From NCBI GenBank assembly GCA_002482505.1, contig DLGD01000028.1, positions 3,682 through 67,681 of the forward strand: a DNA stretch of 64,000 nt. The letters are read 5' to 3'. Source of the DNA: Christensenella sp. UBA7703 (GTDB taxonomy: Bacteria > Bacillota > Clostridia > Christensenellales > CAG-138). Positions 38,921-47,877 of the stretch are shown here, piece after piece. A program made the position numbers and the translations under genes. Numbering within the stretch: position 1 is the stretch's first letter; each line of letters opens with the position of its first letter. The notes under the pieces were generated by a model, which did not search any database, was not told the DNA's origin, and was given only the letters and a program-made list of their open reading frames with translations.

Positions 38921-38952
38921 GAAAAAGGAAGTCCCATTGCTGAGACCTCCTC
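38921..38952 (-). terminator. Intrinsic terminator after the CHAP-protein gene
   Basis: Minus strand ggaggtc-tcagcaatg-ggacttcc followed by TTTTTC. Confidence 0.55.
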
Positions 38953-38960
38953 GATTAAAA

Positions 38961-40004
38961 TTACGACATTGGTATATAAGTTGCAATTCCGTTCATCCCT
39001 CCGCCGCGCGAGACAAAATCAGAAAGGACTAGGCTCTTTAACTGACCATCGGTTTTATCAGAAGTTCCACCTTCCGTAAAGTAAACAGTTATCTGCGATC
39101 CTTCTCGCTTTACATATTCTACGAAGACAACATGCCCTTTCTTCCCATCAACAGAGCCTGCGGAATTAAAGGACACAACGGAGTTGTCTTGAATATCACT
39201 CTGAGCGGCTGCAAGGATGGAATCTTTGCTCATGCCACTATAGTTGTGTGCAACTAACGTGTAATTCTTATCAGTTTGCGAATTCGCGCATGCAACTCCC
39301 TTTTTTGCCTGGTCAGAGCGGGCAAAATTACTAACGACATCTTTGCCATCTCCAGAGCTCAGAGCATTGTTGTTTAAAGTAAGCATTTTGCATCCGATAT
39401 AATATCCAAGCTTCTCTCTGGCTCTTGTTAAAACGTAGACAACACACCCACCACTTGACATTTTCAAGAAATCTTTGTAGTAGAGGTTGCCGTTTTTATC
39501 TTTTGCTTGGAAATTGGGTGTATTGCTTTGGGTCGGATCAGATGCGGGGCCGCCACCAGTCGCTGTAGGGGGCGGGCCACCTGCAGCTTCAACTAGAAAG
39601 TAAGCCATCTTTGTGATGGGGCTTGAGCCATAGCTATTATACGCCGCCATCTGGAAACGATATTTTCCGGCTGGCAGCTTGCCTATAGTAATACTTGATC
39701 CAGTAATATAGTTATCAAAAACGATCTCATTTGTTGAATCATTTACCACTGTGAGACCGTATTTCGTGGCCCCGGAGGATGCATTCCATTGAATTACAAC
39801 ATCCTCATTCGTGCTATATGTAGCTTTACTTGCGTACGAGCTAAAGCTACCTGGCTTTTTGTTAGATGCAAAGAGCACTTGTGTTTGATGTTTCGATTGC
39901 GCTAGAGACGATGTTGCATGGGAGGAAACGGGGAAGAGGGTAATAATGAAAGTTAGGACAAGTAATAGAGAAACAAAGGAGAGCGCTTTTCGGACATGCT
40001 TCAT
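38961..40004 (-). CDS. Secreted Fn3-like plus CHAP-domain peptidoglycan hydrolase (low-GC gene)
   Basis: Signal peptide (LSFVSLLLVLTFIITLFPVSSHA), an Fn3-like module (WNASSGATKYGL...), a Gly/Pro linker and a C-terminal CHAP-like Cys (SGGCVVYV) and His (GHVVFVEYV). Start ATG 40004 (GTG 40013 possible). Confidence 0.65.
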   Translation of the reverse strand: MKHVRKALSFVSLLLVLTFIITLFPVSSHATSSLAQSKHQTQVLFASNKKPGSFSSYASKATYSTNEDVVIQWNASSGATKYGLTVVNDSTNEIVFDNYITGSSITIGKLPAGKYRFQMAAYNSYGSSPITKMAYFLVEAAGGPPPTATGGGPASDPTQSNTPNFQAKDKNGNLYYKDFLKMSSGGCVVYVLTRAREKLGYYIGCKMLTLNNNALSSGDGKDVVSNFARSDQAKKGVACANSQTDKNYTLVAHNYSGMSKDSILAAAQSDIQDNSVVSFNSAGSVDGKKGHVVFVEYVKREGSQITVYFTEGGTSDKTDGQLKSLVLSDFVSRGGGMNGIATYIPMS

Positions 40005-40196
40005 AAAAATCACCGCCCATTCAATAATACAGTAATACTAAGAAAGGTTCTATTCGAAGTATTCTGCTATGTATTCATTATAACTTGCATAGGGTTGTTT
40101 ATACAAGAAACAATTAGGGTTATATTTACTGAAATAGTAAATTCCCCCGCCGACAACCGCCAGCGGGGGTATTTTCATTTTCTTTATAGTTAGGAC

Positions 40197-41051
40197 TTAT
40201 CTCTTTTTTCTGGAAAGGCTCAGCAGCGAAAGCCCGAGGAAGAGGAACCCGGAAAGCACCAGAACGATGATGCTGATCAGCGGCGTGACTGTCGTTTCAC
40301 CAATTTTGAAGGTGACGCCCATGAGCTCCTTGAACCCATCGACCATTTCCGTCGGCGCCCCGGCAAACCCGGTCTTGATCGCGTCCTCCATAATCACCTG
40401 CCGCAGCAGCAGCGCGGAATGCGACGGCGGAAACACCTTGATGACCGTCTGCACACCCTCCGGCAACTGCCCGATGGGGATGTAGATACCCGTCAAGAAG
40501 CCGATGATAGTGCCGATGATCGTGCTTGCAATCGAATATGCGTTGTTGCTCTCGAAAAACGAAACCACGAACAGCACCAGCGCGGTATTGCTAAACGTGG
40601 AAAGCAAAATCAGCGCAAAAATCTTCAGCAGTTGCACGCCGCTAAACAGCGCGCCGCCGCCGCTGAGCAGATACAGCTGGCACAGCACGAGGGCGACCAC
40701 GCACATAATGACCCCGATGACAAACGCGCTGAGGATATAGCCCCCCGCGATGCTGATGCGCGGCAGCGGTGAGGAGTGGATGTCCTTGATGATCTTTTTG
40801 GACTTATCCTCCACCATCGTGCCAAAAGCACCCATTGTGGTGGTAACCGAAGTCACCGCGATCAACCCCGCGACAATCCAGCAATCCATGAGATTGCGCG
40901 CGCCGGGGATATCGGTCATGCTGCTCGTCCAAACATCGCCGAGGAAGAGCGCATACATACCAATGATGATGAACACCGATAGCAGCGAGAAGAACACGGA
41001 AGCCTTGTCTTTAAAGAAGACGAGGAGGTTGCGCTTCGTAAAGTTGATCAT
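40197..41051 (-). CDS. ABC-2-type exporter permease
   Basis: 284 aa with six hydrophobic helices. Start overlaps the upstream ATPase gene. Confidence 0.75.
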   Translation of the reverse strand: MINFTKRNLLVFFKDKASVFFSLLSVFIIIGMYALFLGDVWTSSMTDIPGARNLMDCWIVAGLIAVTSVTTTMGAFGTMVEDKSKKIIKDIHSSPLPRISIAGGYILSAFVIGVIMCVVALVLCQLYLLSGGGALFSGVQLLKIFALILLSTFSNTALVLFVVSFFESNNAYSIASTIIGTIIGFLTGIYIPIGQLPEGVQTVIKVFPPSHSALLLRQVIMEDAIKTGFAGAPTEMVDGFKELMGVTFKIGETTVTPLISIIVLVLSGFLFLGLSLLSLSRKKR

Positions 41052-41962
41052 TCGCGAATCTCCTTTCCGGTGATGGCGATAAACGCATCGTCCATCGTGC
41101 CCGTCGTCACCGTAAAGCCGGTGATGGCATCTTTATATGTTTCCAGAATCGGCAGCGCGGCGAGGGTATTGGCAACCCGTAACGTCACGCGGTTTGCAAC
41201 CACCGCCGGCGCGAACCCGTCGACTGTGAGCCGCTGGGCGAGCTGTTCCGGTTCCTTCGTGGTCAGCGTGAGTTTATCGCTCGTGAAGCGTTCCTTCAAA
41301 TCGGAAGGCGTACCTTTGGCGACGATGCTACCGTTGTCGATGACGATGACGTAATCCGCCTCGGCCGCTTCTTCCATATAATGCGTGGTGAGAAAGATCG
41401 TCATGCCTGTATCGCGCTGGAGTTTTGTAATGGTCTCCCATACGCTCTTGCGCGTCTGCGGGTCAAGACCCGTAGTGGGTTCATCCAGGAAGAGAATCTT
41501 CGGCGTATTGACCAGCGCGCGGGCGATGTCGCACCTGCGGCGTTGTCCGCCGGAGAGCTTGCCGTACGGGCGCTTCAGAATCTCCTGAATACCCATGCGT
41601 TCGGCGATTTCGCGGATGGTTTTGTCGAGCTGTTTCCCCCGCAGCCCGTAAAAACCCGCGCGGATGCTCAGATTTTCGGAAACGGTGAGCAGCGGGTCTA
41701 GTAGCCCGTCCTGAAACACCGCGCCGATGCTCAGGCGAATCGCGTTGTCATCTTTTCCCAATCGATGGCCGTCCACCACGACGGTGCCTGCGTCGGATTT
41801 GAGAAACGTGCAGATGATGTCGATGGTGGTGGATTTTCCCGCGCCGTTTGGACCGAGAAACGCGAAGATCTTTCCGCTCTCCACGTAGAAATCGATCCCC
41901 TTGACCGCGTGCACTTGCCCGTAGCTTTTTTTCAGCCCGGATACTTCAATGATGTGTTCCAA
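41048..41962 (-). CDS. ABC transporter ATP-binding protein (DrrA-like)
   Basis: Walker A GPNGAGKST, signature LSGGQRRR, Walker B ILFLDEPT. Confidence 0.9.
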   Translation of the reverse strand: MEHIIEVSGLKKSYGQVHAVKGIDFYVESGKIFAFLGPNGAGKSTTIDIICTFLKSDAGTVVVDGHRLGKDDNAIRLSIGAVFQDGLLDPLLTVSENLSIRAGFYGLRGKQLDKTIREIAERMGIQEILKRPYGKLSGGQRRRCDIARALVNTPKILFLDEPTTGLDPQTRKSVWETITKLQRDTGMTIFLTTHYMEEAAEADYVIVIDNGSIVAKGTPSDLKERFTSDKLTLTTKEPEQLAQRLTVDGFAPAVVANRVTLRVANTLAALPILETYKDAITGFTVTTGTMDDAFIAITGKEIRE

Positions 41963-42133
41963 TCAACTTTTCCCCCTTTGTTGATGATATGTTACAATCG
42001 CCTGCATCATAACATGCCGCACATCTGATCGCAATGGATTGTATCATATTCTCTTGTCTCTCGTTGCGAAATTCAGATGGTGACGTACCAACTCGCGTTC
42101 CAGATTCGCTTAGATACGGCAATCGGATTCCGG

Positions 42134-42162
42134 TTGACAAGCGAAACAATCAGTAATATAAT
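42134..42162 (+). promoter_or_regulatory. Consensus sigma-70-type promoter of the hydrogenase cluster
   Basis: TTGACA (42134-42139), exactly 17 nt, TATAAT (42157-42162). Confidence 0.65.
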
Positions 42163-42214
42163 ATCGATAATAAAGTATGACTATCCGAAATTCATATTTT
42201 GAAAGGGCGTGCGT

Positions 42215-42493
42215 ATGAATATCACGGTATGCATCGGAAGTTCCTGCCACCTGAAAGGGTCGCGCGCTGTGGTTGAAAAACTGGAGCGACTGATCTTTGA
42301 GCGCGGACTAAAGGATGAAATTGCGCTTTGCGGCTCGTTTTGCATGGGTCAATGCCAAACGGGCGTCAGCGTACTGCTGGATGATGCATATTTTTCTCTC
42401 ACGCCGGAGAGTACGGAGCGTTTCTTTGTTCAAGCCGTACTCCCGAAGATTGCGAAAGCAAAACCGGAACTGGTAGAAATACCGCAACTGTAA
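42215..42493 (+). CDS. Small thioredoxin-like [2Fe-2S] ferredoxin-domain protein (HydD-like), copy 1
   Basis: VCIGSSCHLKG ... CGSFCMGQC Cys pattern. 92 aa. GTG 42209 alternative start. Confidence 0.7.
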   Translation: MNITVCIGSSCHLKGSRAVVEKLERLIFERGLKDEIALCGSFCMGQCQTGVSVLLDDAYFSLTPESTERFFVQAVLPKIAKAKPELVEIPQL

Positions 42494-42517
42494 TATCGAA
42501 TTGGGTGGATTAACATC

Positions 42518-44194
42518 ATGTCTGACGTGTTGCGACTCAAAAAGTCGAACTGCAAAAATTGCTATAAGTGCATTCGCCATTGCCCGGTAAAGTCGATCCG
42601 CTTCTCCGCCAATCAAGCGCACATCGTCGGCGAAGAGTGCATCCTTTGCGGGCAATGTTTTGTTGTGTGCCCGCAGAACGCGAAGCAGATTGCCGACGGA
42701 ACGGAGATTGTCCGTGTGCTGCTGGACGGAACCGCGCCGGTGGTCGCGAGCCTTGCGCCCTCGTTTGCGGCGTATTTTGACCATATCGGGTTCGCTTCAC
42801 TCAAAGCCGCACTCGTGCAGCTCGGCTTTGCTTCGGCGGAGGAGACCGCGATCGGCGCGACTCTGGTCAAACGCGAATACGAAAAGCAGATGCGGGAGCA
42901 GAGCATGGATGTGATCATCAGCTCCTGCTGTCATTCGGTCAACCTGCTCATTCGCAAATATTACCCGGAGTTGATTAAGTATCTCTCGCCGGTCGTGTCA
43001 CCGATGATTGCGCACAGCCAGGACATCAAGCGCCGCATGCCCGAGGCGAAGACGGTGTTCATTGGACCCTGCCTTTCCAAGAAGGACGAGGCGGAGAACA
43101 GCCCCGTGGACGCGGTGCTGACGTTTGACGAACTCTCGCGGATGTTCGCCGCGGCAAACATCACACCCGAGCCTGTGCTGGATTCCGCGGAGGAAAGCCG
43201 CGCGCGGTTGTTTCCGACCGTCGGCGGGATTCTTAAGACCATGGACATCCCGGACACGGGCTACACTTGCCTGACGGTCGACGGAACGGAAAACTGCAAG
43301 GCAGCGCTGGCGGACATCGCGGCGGGCAACCTGCACAAGTGTTTCCTAGAGATGAGCGCATGCTCCGGCAGCTGCATCGGCGGGCCGGTGATGGAGAAAT
43401 ACAACAACTCGCCCGTGCGGCATTATCAGGCGGTGACCACGTTTGCCGGCAAACAGGACTTTGCCGTATCGGAGCCGGAGGCGGGGGCGCTTGTCCGGCG
43501 GCATACGTACATCGGCATGCCGAGCGCGATGCCATCCGAAGCGGAGATTGCCGAGATTCTCGCCAAGACGGGCAAAATGTGCAAGGAGGACGAGCTCAAC
43601 TGCGGAAGCTGCGGCTACAACACCTGCCGCGAGAAGGCGATTGCCGTCTATCACGGCAAGGCGGATATCAGCATGTGCCTGCCGTTCTTGATGGACAAAG
43701 CGGAGCGGTTTTCCAACAATATTCTGAGCCACACGCCGAACGGCATCCTCGTGGTCAACGAGGATTTGGAGGTGCAGCAGGTCAACGCTGCCGCGATGAA
43801 GATGCTTCATATCGCGCGCGAAAGCGATGTGCTGGGCGAGCCGCTGGTGCGCGTCATCGACCCGCTGCCGTTTTTAAACGCGCTGGAAGGGCGCGCGGTC
43901 AAGGAACAGCGCGCATACTACGCGGAGTTTTCGAAATATCTAGAGCTCTCACTGGTGCACGACAAAACCACGCATATTCTGATTGCGATCTTGCGCGACG
44001 TGACCGCCGAGGAGGAAGAACGCCTCAAGAAAGAGGAAATCGGCCGCCAGACGGTGGAGATTGCCGACCGCGTGGTGGAAAAACAGATGCGCATCGTGCA
44101 GGAGATCGCCTCTCTTCTGGGAGAGACGACCGCCGAGACCAAGATTGCGCTCACCAAGCTGAAAGAGTCGATTAACAGCGAAGAAGCGCGTTGA
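42518..44194 (+). CDS. hydS: Sensory [FeFe]-hydrogenase-like protein with PAS domain (group C, HydS-type)
   Basis: N-terminal 2x[4Fe-4S] (CKNCYKCIRHCP, CILCGQCFVVCP). Divergent H-cluster motifs SSCCH, GPCLSKKDE, EMSACSGSCIGGP. Extra CGSCGYNTC cluster, then a PAS-like segment and a coiled coil. Confidence 0.75.
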   Translation: MSDVLRLKKSNCKNCYKCIRHCPVKSIRFSANQAHIVGEECILCGQCFVVCPQNAKQIADGTEIVRVLLDGTAPVVASLAPSFAAYFDHIGFASLKAALVQLGFASAEETAIGATLVKREYEKQMREQSMDVIISSCCHSVNLLIRKYYPELIKYLSPVVSPMIAHSQDIKRRMPEAKTVFIGPCLSKKDEAENSPVDAVLTFDELSRMFAAANITPEPVLDSAEESRARLFPTVGGILKTMDIPDTGYTCLTVDGTENCKAALADIAAGNLHKCFLEMSACSGSCIGGPVMEKYNNSPVRHYQAVTTFAGKQDFAVSEPEAGALVRRHTYIGMPSAMPSEAEIAEILAKTGKMCKEDELNCGSCGYNTCREKAIAVYHGKADISMCLPFLMDKAERFSNNILSHTPNGILVVNEDLEVQQVNAAAMKMLHIARESDVLGEPLVRVIDPLPFLNALEGRAVKEQRAYYAEFSKYLELSLVHDKTTHILIAILRDVTAEEEERLKKEEIGRQTVEIADRVVEKQMRIVQEIASLLGETTAETKIALTKLKESINSEEAR

Positions 44195-44230
44195 TCAGCG
44201 AAACATAGATTCGAAAGGAGGCTTTGGCCG

Positions 44231-45412
44231 ATGACTTCCCATAACCACCTCTGTGCCGATATCGGCTATATGAGCCTCAACCACGCGGGTGAACAGCTCT
44301 GCGGGGATCATATCGAGATCGCGGGGATGGACGAAAACTCCACCGTGATTGTACTCGCGGATGGTCTCGGCAGCGGGGTGAAGGCGAGCATCCTCTCCAC
44401 GCTGACCAGCAAGATCATCTCCACGATGCTTGCAGCAGGATTACGCCTGGAAGATTGTGTGGAGACCATCGCGGCGACGCTGCCGGTTTGCAGCAGCCGG
44501 GGCATTGCGTATTCCACGTTTACGATCCTCCGCCTCGTCAACAACGAGCGCGCGGAGATCATCCAATACGATAACCCCGCGGTGATCCTCCTGCGCGACG
44601 GCAAGAGCATGGAGCTGCCGGCCAGCATGCAGGTCATCGGCGGCAAGAACATCTACCGAACGGATGTCGCCCTGCGCGAAAACGACCTGTTGCTCGCCAT
44701 GAGCGACGGTGTTGTGCACGCGGGTGTTGGAGGCGTGTATAACTTCGGCTGGCGCAGGGAGGATATCGCGCGGTATATGGAGACGTTCTGGCACGTGGGT
44801 TTCACGGCAAAGACGCTCTCAACAATCCTCCTGCAGGAGACGAACCGCCTCTACGACGGGCAGCCGGGCGACGACGCAACGGTCTGCGCCGTGCGCATTC
44901 GACCGCGCGTGCCGATGAATCTGCTCTGCGGGCCGCCGAGCATCCGCGACGACAACGAGAAGATGATGTCGCTCTTCTTCGGAAAAGAGGGCAAGCACAT
45001 CATCTGCGGGGGCACGACCTCTACCATCGCAGCGCAATACCTCAACCGCCCGCTGGTTGCCGATTTGGCGTTCCCCGACCCGAAGATTCCGCCGATCGGG
45101 ACGATAGACGGGGTCGATTTGGTCACCGAGGGGGTCATCACGATCAACCGTGTGCTGGAATATGCGCAAAACTATCTCGACGATAACAGCGACTATGAGC
45201 GCTGGAGCACTGGCCGTGATGGAGCCAGCCGCATTGCGCGGCTCTTGTTTGAGGAAGCGACGGACATCAATTTCTTCGTCGGCTGCGCGGTCAACCCCGC
45301 GCATCAAAACCCGGAACTGCCGATCAATTTCAACCTCAAGATGCGCCTGATCGAGCAGCTCGCCGATTGCCTGATGAAGATGGGCAAGCGCGTCAAAACG
45401 AGCTATTTCTAA
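44231..45412 (+). CDS. PP2C/SpoIIE-family serine phosphatase with ~190-aa C-terminal domain of unknown function
   Basis: N-terminal GDHIEI...VIVLADGLGSGVKASI...LLAMSDGVVHAG...DDATV pattern of SpoIIE-type PP2C. The C-terminal half has no recognisable family. Confidence 0.7.
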   Translation: MTSHNHLCADIGYMSLNHAGEQLCGDHIEIAGMDENSTVIVLADGLGSGVKASILSTLTSKIISTMLAAGLRLEDCVETIAATLPVCSSRGIAYSTFTILRLVNNERAEIIQYDNPAVILLRDGKSMELPASMQVIGGKNIYRTDVALRENDLLLAMSDGVVHAGVGGVYNFGWRREDIARYMETFWHVGFTAKTLSTILLQETNRLYDGQPGDDATVCAVRIRPRVPMNLLCGPPSIRDDNEKMMSLFFGKEGKHIICGGTTSTIAAQYLNRPLVADLAFPDPKIPPIGTIDGVDLVTEGVITINRVLEYAQNYLDDNSDYERWSTGRDGASRIARLLFEEATDINFFVGCAVNPAHQNPELPINFNLKMRLIEQLADCLMKMGKRVKTSYF

Positions 45413-45493
45413 CGATTAAACCGTGCAGCAGGCAGTATTCTGTTGCGCGCGAAAAACGGCTTCACATAAACACGCTGGAGGAACGAGACACAC

Positions 45494-45997
45494 ATGCAGC
45501 CATCTTTTGACTACCGCGCGGTGGACGAAATCCTTTCCCTGTACGGGAAAAAGGAATCGAATATCATCGCCATCCTGCAGGACGTGCAGGAGCGCTACCA
45601 CTATCTGCCGCGCGAGGTGTTCCCTTATCTCGCAAGCGCGCTTGGCGTCAGCGAAGCGAGGCTCTTCTCGGTTGCAACGTTTTACGAGAATTTTTCACTG
45701 GAAGCCAAGGGCAGGTTCGTGATTCGCGTCTGCGACGGAACCGCCTGCCACGTCCGCAAATCGATCCCGATTTTGGAACGCTTGCGTAAGGAACTGGGGC
45801 TCTCTGTCGAGAAGAAGACCACACCCGACGGCGGGTTCACGGTCGAGACCGTCTCCTGCCTCGGCGCTTGCGGATTGGCGCCCGTCATCACGGTCAACGA
45901 GCAGGTCTATCCTGCCATGACGCCGGACAAGGCAAGCGAACTCATCGCGTCCCTGCGGGAGCAGCTGGTGGCGGAGAAAGCGGGTGAACGCGTATGA
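45494..45997 (+). CDS. hydC: NuoE-like [2Fe-2S] subunit of electron-bifurcating hydrogenase
   Basis: VCDGTACHVRK ... SCLGACGLAP Cys motifs. 167 aa. Confidence 0.85.
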   Translation: MQPSFDYRAVDEILSLYGKKESNIIAILQDVQERYHYLPREVFPYLASALGVSEARLFSVATFYENFSLEAKGRFVIRVCDGTACHVRKSIPILERLRKELGLSVEKKTTPDGGFTVETVSCLGACGLAPVITVNEQVYPAMTPDKASELIASLREQLVAEKAGERV

Positions 45998-47874
45998 ACA
46001 AACTAAATAACAGAAGCGAACTGATCGCGCTTCGAAAAGAATGCGCGGGCGCGCTGCAACTCGAAACGAAGCGTGTGCTCGTCTGTGCGGGCACGGGCTG
46101 TGTCTCCAGCGGGTCGATGCAGATTTTCGAGCGGCTGAAATCCCTGATGGAAGAGAGCAATATCCCCGTTTCGGTGGAACTCGCGCACGAGCCGCACGGT
46201 GAAAGCGTCGGCCTAAAGGAATGCGGCTGCCACGGTTTTTGCGAGATGGGGCCGCTGGTGCGCATCGAACCGCAGGGTTGGCTTTACACCAAGACCAGGC
46301 TGGAGGACTGCGAAGAGATCGTGGGGCGCACGGTTCTGGGCGGCGAGCGGATTGAACGCCTCGCATTCCAGAAGGACGGCGCAGCCTATCCGAAACAGGA
46401 CGAAATCCCGTTTTATCAGAAGCAAACCCGCCTCGTGCTGGAGCACTGCGGGCAGATTGACGCAACCAGTATCCGCGAGTATCTCGGCTTTGGCGGCTAT
46501 GCGGCGCTCGAAACCGCGCTCTTTGACCGGACGCCGGATGACGTGATCGACGAGATCATAAAAAGCAATCTGCGCGGGCGCGGCGGCGGCGGATTTCCCG
46601 CCGGGCGCAAATGGGCGCAGGTGCGCCGCCAGACGGAGCCGGTGAAATACATCGTCTGCAATGGCGACGAGGGAGACCCAGGCGCGTTTATGGACAGAAG
46701 CGTGATGGAAGGCGACCCGCACCGCATGCTTGAGGGCATGATGATCGCGGGGTTGGCTTGCGGCGCGCAGGAGGGATATATCTACGTCCGCGCGGAGTAT
46801 CCGCTCGCGGTCAAGCGGCTTCGCCGCGCGATTGCGCAGGCGGAGGAGTTGGGCTTGCTCGGCGACAATATCCTCGGCACGGAGTTTTGCTTTACGCTGC
46901 ACATTGCGCGCGGCGCGGGCGCATTCGTCTGCGGCGAGGGCAGCGCGCTGACCGCCTCCATCGAGGGCAAACGCGGCATGCCGCGGGTCAAACCCCCGCG
47001 CACCGTGGAACACGGCCTGTTTGACAAACCGACCGTGCTCAACAATGTCGAAACCTTCGCCAACGTGCCGCTGATCATCACGCGCGGCGCGGACTGGTAC
47101 AAATCCATCGGGCCCGAAAACAGCCCCGGCACAAAGGCCTTTGCGCTCACGGGCAACATCGTCAATACGGGGCTCATCGAGGTGCCGATGGGTACCACGC
47201 TAAGAGAAGTCATATTCGACATTGGCGGCGGCGTGCGCGGCGGGAAGGCGTTCAAGGCCGTGCAGATCGGCGGCCCTTCCGGCGGCTGCCTGACGGCGGA
47301 CGACCTCGACCTGCCGCTGGATTTCGATTCGCTTAAAAAAGCAGGCGCGATGATCGGCTCCGGTGGGCTGGTGGTCATGGACGAAGACACCTGTATGGTG
47401 GAAGTCGCGCGGTTCTTCATGCACTTTACCCAGAACGAATCCTGCGGAAAATGCGTGCCCTGCCGCGAGGGAACCAAGCGCATGCTCGCGATTCTGGAGC
47501 GCATTGTCGAGGGCAAGGGCGAGGAAGGCGACATCGAGCTGCTGCTGGAGCTTGCGGATACCATCACGGCGACCGCGCTCTGCGGCCTCGGCAAATCCGC
47601 CGCGTCGCCGGTGGTTAGCACGATCAGGAGCTTCCGCGCGGAATATGAGGCGCATATCCGGGAGAAGCGCTGCCCGGCAGGCGAATGCCAGAAGCTCAAG
47701 CGTATCTGGATCGATCCCGTGCTCTGCAAGGGCTGCTCCAAGTGCGCCAAAGCCTGCCCGGTGAATGCGATTACGGGGCAGATCAAACAGCCGTTCTCCA
47801 TCGATTTGTCCCAGTGCATCCGGTGCGAGTCCTGCATTGCAACCTGCGCATTCCACGCGATTTTGGAGGGATAA
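45994..47874 (+). CDS. hydB: NuoF-like FMN/NAD(H)-binding subunit of electron-bifurcating hydrogenase
   Basis: GRGGGGFPAGRKW, ESCGKCVPCREG and two C-terminal CxxCxxCxxxCP motifs. N-terminal thioredoxin-like 2Fe-2S module. Confidence 0.9.
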   Translation: MNKLNNRSELIALRKECAGALQLETKRVLVCAGTGCVSSGSMQIFERLKSLMEESNIPVSVELAHEPHGESVGLKECGCHGFCEMGPLVRIEPQGWLYTKTRLEDCEEIVGRTVLGGERIERLAFQKDGAAYPKQDEIPFYQKQTRLVLEHCGQIDATSIREYLGFGGYAALETALFDRTPDDVIDEIIKSNLRGRGGGGFPAGRKWAQVRRQTEPVKYIVCNGDEGDPGAFMDRSVMEGDPHRMLEGMMIAGLACGAQEGYIYVRAEYPLAVKRLRRAIAQAEELGLLGDNILGTEFCFTLHIARGAGAFVCGEGSALTASIEGKRGMPRVKPPRTVEHGLFDKPTVLNNVETFANVPLIITRGADWYKSIGPENSPGTKAFALTGNIVNTGLIEVPMGTTLREVIFDIGGGVRGGKAFKAVQIGGPSGGCLTADDLDLPLDFDSLKKAGAMIGSGGLVVMDEDTCMVEVARFFMHFTQNESCGKCVPCREGTKRMLAILERIVEGKGEEGDIELLLELADTITATALCGLGKSAASPVVSTIRSFRAEYEAHIREKRCPAGECQKLKRIWIDPVLCKGCSKCAKACPVNAITGQIKQPFSIDLSQCIRCESCIATCAFHAILEG

Positions 47875-47877
47875 CAC

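Noticed and set aside
42188-42205. Rex operator upstream of the hydrogenase operon (AAATTCATATTTTGAAAG).
   Set aside because: The half-sites are TTCA/TGAA in the opposite arrangement and spacing to the Rex consensus TTGTGAA-N4-TTCACAA. The element also overlaps the RBS region, so it is probably coincidental.
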